Below the pieces are notes generated by a model. That model was not told the origin of the DNA, ran no database searches, and saw only the letters and a program-made list of their open reading frames with translations. A stretch of DNA of 63,740 nt, the filler included, from Octopus bimaculoides (lineage: Eukaryota), in NCBI RefSeq assembly GCF_001194135.2. It is 5 parts of 5 records of this genome, joined end to end, with 100 filler letters (N's around TTAATTAATTAA, not from the genome) between each part and the next. Parts side by side here need not be neighbours in the genome. Positions count along the whole stretch, not along the records: positions 25,175 to 46,698 come from NC_068988.1; positions 46,799 to 56,668 come from NC_069007.1; 3 more parts are not named here. One strand, given 5' to 3'. The position numbers and the translations under genes are program-made. Of the stretch, positions 39,916 through 50,674 are shown in pieces. The number at the start of each line of letters is the position of its first letter. The stretch's first letter is position 1.

Positions 39916-40079
39916 GTCTTTACCTTTCTAGAGCTTAAGGAGGTCTCGTAAGTTTTTGACTTTATTTACGTCGGTCTCGTAAGTTTTTGACTTTATTTTG
40001 TAGCTAGAGTTTGTTTTCTATTAATTCTTTTTTTTTTTTTTTTTTTTTTTTTTTGGTACATTGTGTGTCCGCTCTTGAG

Positions 40080-42195
40080 CAGACCAGAGAGGTCTAATCA
40101 AAAACAATTTTTATCTGCCCTAAGAGGTGAATTTTCGGAAAGAAAAATTTCTTTTCGAAAAATTTCCTATAAAATTAAGTATAGTGGAGCTTTCTTTGCC
40201 AAACCAGCAAGAGAGGGTGGTCGCAGGTGTGAATCAGTGTCTTCCTGCGCCTGCCAGTCAAGCTGCCCTGTCTACGCAAAAAAAACAACATAGAAGGTGG
40301 TCGCAACAACGACAACAATACTAGCAGACAATATAAAAACGATTTTCCTTTGCTCCCTAGACCACCATCACCACCACAGCAGGGGAAGGAAGAGACAGAG
40401 AAAAACTGTGAAAACGGTACCGCCTCCGCCGCCACCATCACCAGCGGCAGCAGCAGTTCAGTAGCGACCGACGAAAAAATAATAAAAGAAAAAAAACGGA
40501 AGTTTTAAACCAAAGAGTACAAGGTTTGCAGTAGCAACACGAGAAACATACGAAAGAATTTTTCTTCAGAAAGATGAACAGTTGAGCAATATGCCGGTGA
40601 AAAACCTTGAACATCTCCTTGGAATCGAGTAGCTAGCGGTTGTCCCGACCCGCCAAAGACCGGATTGTGGTTTTAAGACCACGTTTTGCCTCTGCCACCC
40701 GGGTCCACCGAATGGTTTCCATTTCCTCGTGTCTTAGCGAAAACACCTTAGCTCTGACCACACAACCTTTGTGCTTTGCGTTGAAATGATGGTCTAGGGC
40801 CATTTTCGCCACCTGCACGTCGGTCGCGATCCCTTTCTTCTGTGCTTCTTCTAATTTACTAACTAATTCCTTTTCTACTTTATCTTTCTCTAAGGCTCCG
40901 TACTTGCTAAACTTAATCGACTCTGCTCTTTTTGCTCATTTCAAGGCGAGCCATCATCTATTATTAATTATTGCCCCCGTCATTGATCTCTTAACTAGCT
41001 CTCTAAGTTAGTCCCTGTAAGCCTGGCGTGCCGGGAACGATGCGTTTAGCTTCCAGTAACCGGGTCCCTGTCTATGTAACTTATCTAGATCGATCGTACA
41101 TACCACGAATTTGTGGTCTGTATATCCGACGCGCTTTCCTCAACTCGTCTCCTTAACGGAGCTAGAATCCTGGGTCAAGCTGAGACCGAGAGAGGGCGAG
41201 TGGCACCTTGAGTGGCTCCTTGAGTGTTGGCCAATGCGGTCGGGGGAAATTCTACCTTGGCGTTCTATAGGGGGTTAGTGGAGGATAGGTGCGACGACGT
41301 CCTTGGGGAAGCTCTGGGCTTCAATGAGGACCAACTAGCCAATCTTTTTCGGAAGACTTTCGGGCCGGACCTAAGGATAACTTTCAGAAATCCCTGGGCT
41401 GGCAATGCTACCGGGGAGCGTTGCTGGTTCGGGATAAACTCCACAGGCATGGGTGCCGTCAGTCGGAGCAGCCCAAGATGTGTTCAAAGTGATGAAACCG
41501 TTCTGCACGCACTCGTCCAGTGTCCAACAATTTCTGATGTATGGGTTTATGTCGAGCACTTGCTGTCGCGTATCGCACGGATCCNNNNNNNNNNNNNNNN
41601 NNNNNNNNNNNNNNNNNNNNNNNNNNNNNNNNNNNNNNNNNNNNNNNNNNNNNNNNNNNNNNNNNNNNNNNNNNNNNNNNNNNNNNNNNNNNNNNNNNNN
41701 NNNNNNNNNNNNNNNNNNNNNNNNNNNNNNNNNNNNNNNNNNNNNNNNNNNNNNNNNNNNNNNNNNNNNNNNNNNNNNNNNNNNNNNNNNNNNNNNNNNN
41801 NNNNNNNNNNNNNNNNNNNNNNNNNNNNNNNNNNNNNNNNNNNNNNNNNNNNNNNNNNNNNNNNNNNNNNNNNNNNNNNNNNNNNNNNNNNNNNNNNNNN
41901 NNNNNNNNNNNNNNNNNNNNNNNNNNNNNNNNNNNNNNNNNNNNNGAGCATGTGCTTCTGAGTGGAGTAAAAGAGAGAGGAAGCACTTGCCTAAGTGGTC
42001 AGGGAAATCGTGATTTTCTGTGGGGTTTGCACGCTTTTCCCTTGGAAGTTACACCCGCCACTTATTGGGAAATTGTAAATGTTTAACTTCATTATTCATT
42101 TTTGTTATTGTTTTATATGTTTACACGGTAAACCCCTCCGTTTGTACCTTTGTATTTGCGTGTTCTATGTAGGCCCACGTGGCCAATAAAAACAA
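40080..42195. mobile_element. Rearranged Tx1/L1-like LINE: ORF1 5' part (+), inverted APE-end/linker (-), ORF2 3' end (+)
   Basis: 40080-40620(+) is ORF1-like (DFPLLP, CAA/CAG tract). 40630-41190(-) reads GPGYWKLNAS and …GCVVRAK. 41200-42195(+) reads RCVQSDETVLHALVQCP and ends near AATAAA (42183). Confidence 0.75.
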
Positions 42196-42222
42196 CATTA
42201 TGATTATTATTATTATCATCAT

Positions 42223-42291
<69 letters not shown>

Positions 42292-42292
<1 letters not shown>

Positions 42293-42500
42293 CGCAGGAA
42301 TCATTAACACGCTGGACGTAATGCTTAGCGGTATCGCGCCCATCGCTATGCTCTGAGTTCAAATTCCACCGAGGTCAACTTTGCCTTTCCTCCTTTCGGG
42401 GTCGATAAATTAAGTACCAATGAAACACTGAGGTCACTGTAATCGACTTAATCCCTTCCCCTAAATTTGAGGCCTTGTTCTTCCAGTAGAAAGGATTATT
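42292..42500 (+). mobile_element. SINE family B
   Basis: GGCGCAGGAATCATTAACACGCTGG…CTGAGTTCAAATTCC…GGGGTCGATAAATTAAGTACC…GTAGAAAGGATTATT. Confidence 0.8.
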
Positions 42501-42859
42501 ATTGAGTGAGAGAGCAGTGCATGCTATCAAAGTGACACTGAGGAACAAATATACGAAGCCCATTATACCCATCATGATTACCCGTCTAATTAGGGTACAC
42601 TAAGCACGTGCATCACAGCCATATGTGCGTGACATGGTGGTCTCATATCAATATAAACAGTCATTGACTTTGCAGGTGGACCCAGTTAGAATTTTCTAAC
42701 CCATCCCATCATTTAAGATTAGAATTTTCTAACCCATCCCATCATTTAAGATTAGAAGCGATGAGAGCCACTGACTGGTACTGCATCAGGGCATATTCTT
42801 CTTCTTCTTCTTCTTCTTCTTCTTCTTCTTCTTCTCCTCCTCCTCCTCCTCTTCTTCTT

Positions 42860-42922
<63 letters not shown>

Positions 42923-42925
42923 GTT

Positions 42926-43276
42926 ATTCAGTAGTCTTATTTTTATCATGTGCTTTCACTGCACTACCGAGCGCAGCTCTGTGTACCTTGGATATGTGCT
43001 GTGGTTTGTTGTGATGCTCTTATTATCACTGTATTGAAAGTGATTTACGCAGGATGTGTGCGGTGCCTAGTAATGCTATTTTCTGTATGTTATTTATACT
43101 TGTTAGTCCTGGTGTTTTAGTTATGTATTTGTCAGAATATTTTTTATCATGCCTAAAGTTCCTATTGTGATAGGAATTGTTTCTGTTTTTAGACTCCTCA
43201 TTCGAATTTTCTTCTATTTCCAGATCTTTGTTTCTGCTTTTAGACTTCACATTCGAGTTACCTCTATTTCCAGCTC
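42926..43276 (-). mobile_element. Short 3'-end fragment of an R4/Dong-like LINE inside a (TAA)n array
   Basis: IQKIALLGTAHILRKSLSIQ* terminal motif plus 3' UTR; (TTA)n on both sides (42889-42925 and 43277-43336). Confidence 0.8.
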
Positions 43277-43336
<60 letters not shown>

Positions 43337-44281
43337 CATTTAGCACAAATCCTAAAAGAGTAATATCTGGCAGCTGAGGAAACTGCCAGAGGCATTAAGT
43401 TGAATAACGTGAGATAGGGAAAAATATTTTTGTTGGGTGCATCGATTTCAATATTTTTGTTGTCGCATCGATTTCAATCTCTTTTTATCTGTCTTCGACA
43501 AAGAGCAAGAGTCCAAAACGTTAAAGATTTCACTCCTCATGATAATCAAGCTGTTTGAACTCATCAATGAACAAAGAGACATGTGTGGTATCGGACATTG
43601 TGATCTTCATTCTACTGCTAAGAATATTGACAGTGCAAATGAAAAGAAATAGCGTCTGTTTGGAATTAAAATCGCATTGTTGTCCTAATTTAACAATAAC
43701 TTTAACTCCAAATTTCTATAGCAAATATTAGGTTCAGGAAAAGATTTCCTATATTTTAAGGAAAACAGAATATGTGTTATTGTGGTGTTCATAATTTACA
43801 GATAAAAGACACCGGCGGTGGAAAGGGACTCAAAACGGTTTCCATATAAGATTGCGATTGTAGGTTATTGGAAGTTAGGCTGGAGTTCCGTGGGGATCCC
43901 TTCATTTTCCGTAGAAAACAGAATGAAAATACTTTTAGTTTCAGACCAGACGTTTTTTGAAACATTATTGTATCTTATCTCATTGAAATATTATTGTATC
44001 TCATCTGTCCCAACACCTCTCAGTTTTGTACTGTTGTTCGGTCGGGGTCAATACTACCATCAATATATGTCATCCAATCCCACCAAGCAACACCTCTCTC
44101 ACTGCTACCCTGTACTCTCCCACACCAGAACCCTTTGCTCTAACTGGAAGTTTACTGAATACGTTTTACATTTTTCGAATCCGTATTTGTTGAAGACTTA
44201 ACAACAAATCTGTCATTTATATAAAATCTCTCCTTATTCCTGCCACACCTTCAACACACTGAGAAATCGAATTCCATTTAA

Positions 44282-44329
<48 letters not shown>

Positions 44330-45318
44330 CATTATTTTAATGTTGCGTGTTTGTTTTATACTTCTACCTATCTCTCTTCACTTCCATACCTTCTTCTCTT
44401 CCCAGACACTGATTTGGCAGAGATGTGAACAAGTGTCGTCACTATAGAATCATTATCAATAGCAGGATTTAGGAAGGCTTACTGTTTTCTGATTTTTCTT
44501 AGAAATGTTACAAAGAGGTAAAAAACATAAACTTAATAAAATAAAGGGAAGAAAGATGGGTGGGGAGGTTAAAATAATTTTTAAAAACAATAAAAAAGAA
44601 AAAAGAATGAGGGAGTAAAATACATACGTACACACATACGTACACACATACGTATGTACATACATACATACATACATACATACATACATACGTAAGTGAG
44701 CGAGAAATAAGTGAGAGATATAAAGAGATGAGAGAAAGAAAGAGAAAGAAGGAAGGAAATGAATGTAAAGTTACACTCTAAAAAGATATCTTCTCTTTGT
44801 CATTCACTCTCTGTCTGTCTCTTTCTTCTCTTCCTCGCCTCTCTCTATGTTTTTTTTTTTTTTAATTAAACAACGCCAAATCCATGTTTTCTCTATATCC
44901 TCTCTATTCTAACTTCAACAGACGAAATTCTGTCAGTGGCGAAAACAGAAAGCTTTCCCCACCTCCTTCCCCCCAAATCAAAACCACACTGATTTTAAGA
45001 GATGCTCTGACCACCTCTACCCCAGCCAACCCTAAACTTAACCCTATAATCCAATTTGTTTATTCAATACTTTCTTTAGACTCCTTTCTTCGCTATTTTG
45101 TTTTAAGCTTTTCTTTAGTTTTGTTTTTCTCTCTCAAAAATAGAACAAGGACATTTGTAAAGGTGATGGCCGGCAGAGAGCAGTTGCAATAGTTTAATTC
45201 TGTCTAGAGTGAAAACATACTGAGCATTAAACAGTGGAAATAAATGTTTCATTCTTGACTTTTGTCAGAAAAAGAACAGTTGTGTAGAAGCTATATCTAC
45301 TCTCTTTCTTTCTCTCTC

Positions 45319-45373
<55 letters not shown>

Positions 45374-45990
45374 NNNNNNNNNNNNNNNNNNNNNNNNNNN
45401 NNNNNNNNNNNNNNNNNNNNNNNNNNNNNNNNNNNNNNNNNNNNNNNNNNNNNNNNNNNNNNNNNNNNNNNNNNNNNNNNNNNNNNNNNNNNNNNNNNNN
45501 NNNNNNNNNNNNNNNNNNNNNNNNNNNNNNNNNNNNNNNNNNNNNNNNNNNNNNNNNNNNNNNNNNNNNNNNNNNNNNNNNNNNNNNNNNNNNNNNNNNN
45601 NNNNNNNNNNNNNNNNNNNNNNNNNNNNNNNNNNNNNNNNNNNNNNNNNNNNNNNNNNNNNNNNNNNNNNNNNNNNNNNNNNNNNNNNNNNNNNNNNNNN
45701 NNNNNNNNNNNNNNNNNNNNNNNNNNNNNNNNNNNNNNNNNNNNNNNNNNNNNNNNNNNNNNNNNNNNNNNNNNNNNNNNNNNNNNNNNNNNNNNNNNNN
45801 NNNNNNNNNNNNNNNNNNNNNNNNNNNNNNNNNNNNNNNNNNNNNNNNNNNNNNNNNNNNNNNNNNNNNNNNNNNNNNNNNNNNNNNNNNNNNNNNNNNN
45901 NNNNNNNNNNNNNNNNNNNNNNNNNNNNNNNNNNNNNNNNNNNNNNNNNNNNNNNNNNNNNNNNNNNNNNNNNNNNNNNNNNNNNNNNNN

Positions 45991-46056
<66 letters not shown>

Positions 46057-46286
46057 CGAGTATGAATTCAGAGTATAATTGAAATAGAAATGATAGAGGA
46101 TTAAAGTTCAAAATGTATCTACTTACCCACATTTTCTTCAGGAAATGAATCACCAAACAAGAGTGAAAAATAGGTTCTCTGTAGAATAAAGCAAATGAAT
46201 TAACAGAAATGTTTATGTTAGGGGATTTCTGAACATGTTTAAATCAGGCTTTAGTTTACATTTATTCTCCTCCTCCGCCTCCTCGT

Positions 46287-46348
<62 letters not shown>

Positions 46349-46381
46349 GTACTGCCACTGCTGCTACTACTGCTGTGGTTG

Positions 46382-46440
<59 letters not shown>

Positions 46441-46981
46441 TTAATCTGCGACCAAGGATAAGTGGCAATTAAGTGATGTTTGGATGTAATTGAAGGCTTA
46501 GGGAGAGAAACTGGGAGGACAGTATAAAAATACATTCATATAAAAACACAAAATTTATATTTAGCAATGTATAAAAGATGATGAAAAATATTAAAAAATG
46601 ATGATTGAATTGATAATTAAACGTTAAATTGAATTGAATTTTATTTCATATGCAACTAACAATACATGAACAGTATAATACAAAACAAGTTGATAGGGNN
46701 NNNNNNNNNNNNNNNNNNNNNNNNNNNNNNNNNNNNNNNNNNTTAATTAATTAANNNNNNNNNNNNNNNNNNNNNNNNNNNNNNNNNNNNNNNNNNNNAT
46801 AAAAATACATAAGTTTAAAGTTTAATATATTCAAGATTAAACCAAACCCGTCTGCTCTAAGAAACAGAAGAGATCAACAATATATATATATATATATATA
46901 TATAGTACATTCCTCTGCTAATGTCCCTTTTTTCCTTCTTTTACCAATTTTCCTGCCGATGAAATTCCATTCCAACTCCAG

Positions 46982-47086
46982 CAAGTAAAGGATTCTGGTC
47001 AGAAATGTTGGGTGTCGGAGATTTCTATTATGAATTAGCTGTGAAGATTGTGGAGGTGTGCATGGCCACTAGTCATCATAACGGAG
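46982..47086 (+). CDS. SNF8: SNF8 (VPS22/EAP30, ESCRT-II) internal exon, 105 nt, phase 1/1
   Basis: ccag| (x)[34 protein letters not shown](G) |gtaagt; matches the SNF8 motif [26 protein letters not shown]. Confidence 0.93.
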
Positions 47087-47091
47087 GTAAG

Positions 47092-47510
47092 TTGGCGTAA
47101 GTGTTCGTTTAGTCTAACGGTGAACATGTTCGGTTTGTAACCATGTGGTCTCAGGTTCAGTCCTACTGCTTGACATCTTGGACATATGTCTTTTTTACCA
47201 TGGCCGTGTACTGACCCCAGTCTTGTGAGTGAAATTGGGTTGGTGGAAATTGTATGGAAGCCTATCTGCTCGATCGTTACTCGTTACATGTGTGGTTGAT
47301 TCTGCTTGAGAATTATGTTGAGGATATGATTGTCTGTGGAATTCTCGGACTGTTGCATGTGATGTCGCAACTCATTTCTACAGCTGAGTGAACTGGAACA
47401 ACGTGAAATAAAGTGTCTTGCTCAAGAACACAACACAGAGCCCGGTCCGGGAACTGAACCCATTACCTCATGATTGTGAGCCTGACTTTCTAACCATGCG
47501 CCTTCAAGTA
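47092..47510. mobile_element. Two intronic SINEs: family A (+, ~47092-47260) and family C (-, ~47280-47510)
   Basis: GGTTCAGTCCTACTGC..GACATCTTGG head; the reverse complement of 47370-47500 matches 49505-49600. Confidence 0.7.
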
Positions 47511-47537
47511 TTAATAACAGATAATTCTTTACTTCAG

Positions 47538-47610
47538 GTCTTATTGGTCTGGAAGAACTGAAGGACAAACTGGAAGCATCAAGGGGTAAAAACACACAAG
47601 AAATTAGTCT
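47538..47610 (+). CDS. SNF8: SNF8 exon, 73 nt, phase 1/2
   Basis: ttcag| GLIGLEELKDKLEASRGKNTQEIS(L) |gtgagt; corresponds to GLITLEELHQQVLKGRGKFAQDVS. Confidence 0.92.
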
Positions 47611-47949
47611 GTGAGTTGTCTTTCATTGGATTCCTTTCTCTTCTCTCTTTTTCTACCTTTTGATAGCCGTGGCCATACTGGAGCCACTGGCCTCCAAACC
47701 TGAGGTAACCGGCCATCATGCACTCTTTCAGGGTCCATGCATTGTTGATTTCTAGTTTATATGTAAAACATCTTTCATCACATGTGGGATGTATGTTCAG
47801 ATATTAGCTGAGTTCACCATGGAGTTTACCATGGAGATCAACTGACAATGTTCGTTTGGTGGATGTATTTTGAAGCAGTCTTCCTCTGCCTTGGAGCAAT
47901 GGTAAATGAAATTTGCCATAGACCCCTTCAGGTTGTGGCTTTAAACCTT

Positions 47950-48535
47950 TAAACCATTGGCACATGTGTGGTTGGGTGGTAAGAAGTTAGCTTCTCGACC
48001 ACATGGTTTCAGGTTCAGTTCCATTATAGATAGACAGGTAGATAGATGGATAGATAAATAGAATGATAGACAGATAGATGGATGGATGGATGGACGGACA
48101 GACAGACAGATAGAGAGAGAGATAGATAGATAGACAGACAGATACATAGACGGATGGATGGATGGATAGACAGACAGACAGATAGACTGATAGAAAGACA
48201 GATAGATAGACAGGCAGACAGACAGACAGGGATACATAGAGATATAGGCAGATACATAGATAGACAGATAGAGAGATAGACAGACAGATAGGTAGATAGA
48301 CTGAAAGAGATAGACAGACAGACAGCTAAATAGATCTCGCACACACGTATGTTTTTGTGTGCCTCCCCACCACCACTCTTTGATAACTGGTGTTGGTTTG
48401 TTTATGTTCTCATAACCTAGTGGCTCAGCAAAACAAAACTGATAGAACAGGTGCTAGACTTTGAAAAAAAAAAATAAGTACCGGAGTGAATTTGTTCCAC
48501 TAAAACCCTTCAAGGTGGTGCCCCAGCTTGGCCAC
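47950..48535 (+). mobile_element. SINE family A head and tail separated by a ~310-bp GATA/GACA/GGAT tetranucleotide expansion
   Basis: Head GGTGGTAAGAAGTTAGCTTCTCGACCACATGGTTTCAGGTTCAG at ~47975-48020; tail CCACCACTCTTTGATAACTGG…GGTGCCCCAGCTTGGCCACAGTC at ~48370-48540. Confidence 0.65.
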
Positions 48536-48571
48536 AGTCTTCTGCTTAACTTTTCTTCTTTTTTCCTTCAG

Positions 48572-48713
48572 AGACGACCTCCTCTGTGCAATCAAAAAAC
48601 TGAAGACGCTTGGCAATGGTTTCACCATTCTTCCCATTGGCAAAACCTATTTAGTGCAGTCTGTGCCTGGAGAATTGACTATGGACCATACCACAGTGTT
48701 GCAACTAGCACAG
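48572..48713 (+). CDS. SNF8: SNF8 exon, 142 nt, phase 2/0
   Basis: ttccttcag| DDLLCAIKKLKTLGNGFTILPIGKTYLVQSVPGELTMDHTTVLQLAQ |gtaaga; SNF8 winged-helix motif DDL.RAIKKLK.LG.GF…QSVP.EL.MDHT.VLQLA. Confidence 0.96.
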
Positions 48714-49034
48714 GTAAGAACAGGGGGACGGGCCCCAAAAAACTTTGGTTTTTCTCATTAATGAAATAACAGGTAAGAAATTTTTCGGAGTAGATTTGAT
48801 TTGGTGTGGCTCAGCAGTAAGAAGTTTGCTTCCCAACCACATGGTTCCAAGTTCAGTCTTATTGCGTGGCACTTTGGACAAGTGTCTTCTACTATCGCCC
48901 CCAAGCTTACCAACACATTTTGAGTGAATTTCTCTCTCTCTCACTCTACCTGTCTCTCCCTTTCTCTATCTCTCTCTGTCACATCCACCCCACCCCACTC
49001 AACTACACTTACCCTTTGCATCTTCTTGTTTCAG

Positions 49035-49109
49035 AAAAATGGTTTTGTAACAATCACTTTGATATCAGAAACACTTAACTGGGAGAAAGAAAGGGCCATC
49101 AAATCTTTG
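49035..49109 (+). CDS. SNF8: SNF8 exon, 75 nt, phase 0/0
   Basis: gtttcag| KNGFVTITLISETLNWEKERAIKSL |gtaagt; corresponds to KNGYVTVSEIKASLKWETERA. Confidence 0.94.
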
Positions 49110-49504
49110 GTAAGTACCTCACCCTATTCCCCATCAACCCCTCCTCCTTTTTCTGCTACTCTTTCTGACAATCAGCACTGCGGAAGAACCATTACGAAAA
49201 GGTTGAAAGCTGTTAGTTTTGCCCCTGAAATATGTGCTAAGAAGCTTCTTTTGACCAACAAACCCATTAAGGGCCTGTTTTCAGCCAAGTGTGGTGTCAG
49301 TCTGGTTTCAAAGAGTTCTCCGGAATTATGTAATACCTTTCTGTATGGATGCTTAAATATATTTGTTTTGCCAAATAAATTGCACTTTATGTTTGAGGCT
49401 CTGATGAAGCTCTAAGGTGTTACTCAGGCATTCAACTACGTGTCCTGCAGCAGAAACAGCTGTAAGCTAATGAAGGTCATGAGGTAATCATTTATTTCTT
49501 TGTT

Positions 49505-49775
49505 GGCTCATGATTGTAAGGTCGTGAGTTCAATTCCCGGCAATGCGTTGTGCTTGAGCAAGACACTTTATTTCACGTTGCTCCAGTCCACTCAGCTGGC
49601 AAAAAATGAGTAGTACCTGTAATTCAAAAGGGGCCAGCCTTGTCACACTCTGTGTCATGCTGAATCTCCCTGAGAACTACGTTGAGGGTACGCATGTCTG
49701 TTGAGTGCTCAGCCGCTTGCACATTAATTTCACGAGCAGGCTGTTCCGTTCATCGTATCAGCTGGGATCCTCGTA
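49505..49775 (+). mobile_element. tRNA-derived SINE family C
   Basis: GTCGTGAGTTCAATTCCCGG (B-box) followed by TTGAGCAAGACACTTTATTTCACGTTGCTCCAGTCCACTCAGCTG. Confidence 0.75.
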
Positions 49776-49789
49776 ATCATCATAACTGC

Positions 49790-49970
49790 TGTCGATGACT
49801 TTTTTGGCCAACAGGTTGAGAGCTTCTTCACCAATGGGATCCAAGCACCAAAACTGATGGAAGGAAGTGTGTGGACCCCAAGGGAGACTATGTCGAAAAA
49901 CGAACCTCATTTGGTCACATCCGATTAGAGTATCTTGGTCAGCCTTTGAAGTTTTCAGCCAACATTCATA
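49790..49970 (+). mobile_element. Mariner-type transposase C-terminal scrap
   Basis: SFFTNGIQAP followed, after a frameshift, by WKEVCGPQGRLCRK/…GDYVEK-like text, resembling the mariner end F…GI..L..RW.KC…GDY.EK. Confidence 0.55.
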
Positions 49971-50149
49971 TCTGATAGTTTGTCAAAAGACTGACTTAAA
50001 GAAAGCTTAGGAATTGGTTTATTCCAAATTGTTTCAAAACTGATCTGGTTTGCTCGTTTTGGGGTCAGTTGTGTACATAAGCATATAATGTGTTTGTGTA
50101 CATATGTGTATATATCTATACATTTGTCTTTTTTTTTTCTCTTTTACAG

Positions 50150-50245
50150 GAATACATGGTGAAAGAAGGCTTGGCCTGGGTTGATGACCAAGCAAGGGAT
50201 GAACGCCACTACTGGTTCCCTACCCTATGCCCAGACTCACTCTAA
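50150..50245 (+). CDS. SNF8: SNF8 terminal coding exon
   Basis: ttttacag| EYMVKEGLAWVDDQARDERHYWFPTLCPDSL*; corresponds to EHLLKEGLAWLDLQAPGEAHYWLP. Confidence 0.94.
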   Translation, partial: EYMVKEGLAWVDDQARDERHYWFPTLCPDSL

Positions 50246-50550
50246 CAACCCTTTCTCTCTCTCTCTTTCAGCGTGCCACCTTCTTTTCTTCTTTCTTCTT
50301 GTCCCATCTTCTCTCTCTCTCTATTTATGATCTATGCGTTATATATATACGTGCACATACACATACAGACACACATACACTCACAAATATATATTTATGT
50401 AGTATATATATATGTGTGTGTATGTGTACATATCTATCTATATACACACACATGCATTCCTACCGTGCTTCACCCTGAGCGAGTGTCTTCTGCCTTGTGA
50501 GTGAATTGCAGAAGTGGCAGGTCAGCTTATTAGATGTAAAGTAATGATAT

Positions 50551-50556
50551 AATAAA
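50551..50556 (+). promoter_or_regulatory. Candidate SNF8 polyadenylation signal
   Basis: AATAAA about 305 nt after the stop codon; unverified. Confidence 0.25.
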
Positions 50557-50674
50557 ATTACGGTAATCTAAGAAAGTTATAACTGCCTCTCCTAAAATCG
50601 GCTCAGAATACCTGGAATGTACCTTGTATAAATATGTGTTTTCAGATACACACCTCACACATATAAACTACATA

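Noticed and set aside
44922-45190. Plus-strand frame RRNSVSGENRKLSPPPSPQ after a good acceptor
   Set aside because: No donor or homology recognised, and not SNF8 sequence; insufficient evidence.
49200-49400. Possible decayed GIY-YIG on the - strand within an SNF8 intron
   Set aside because: The similarity needs frame-hopping and is too weak to call.
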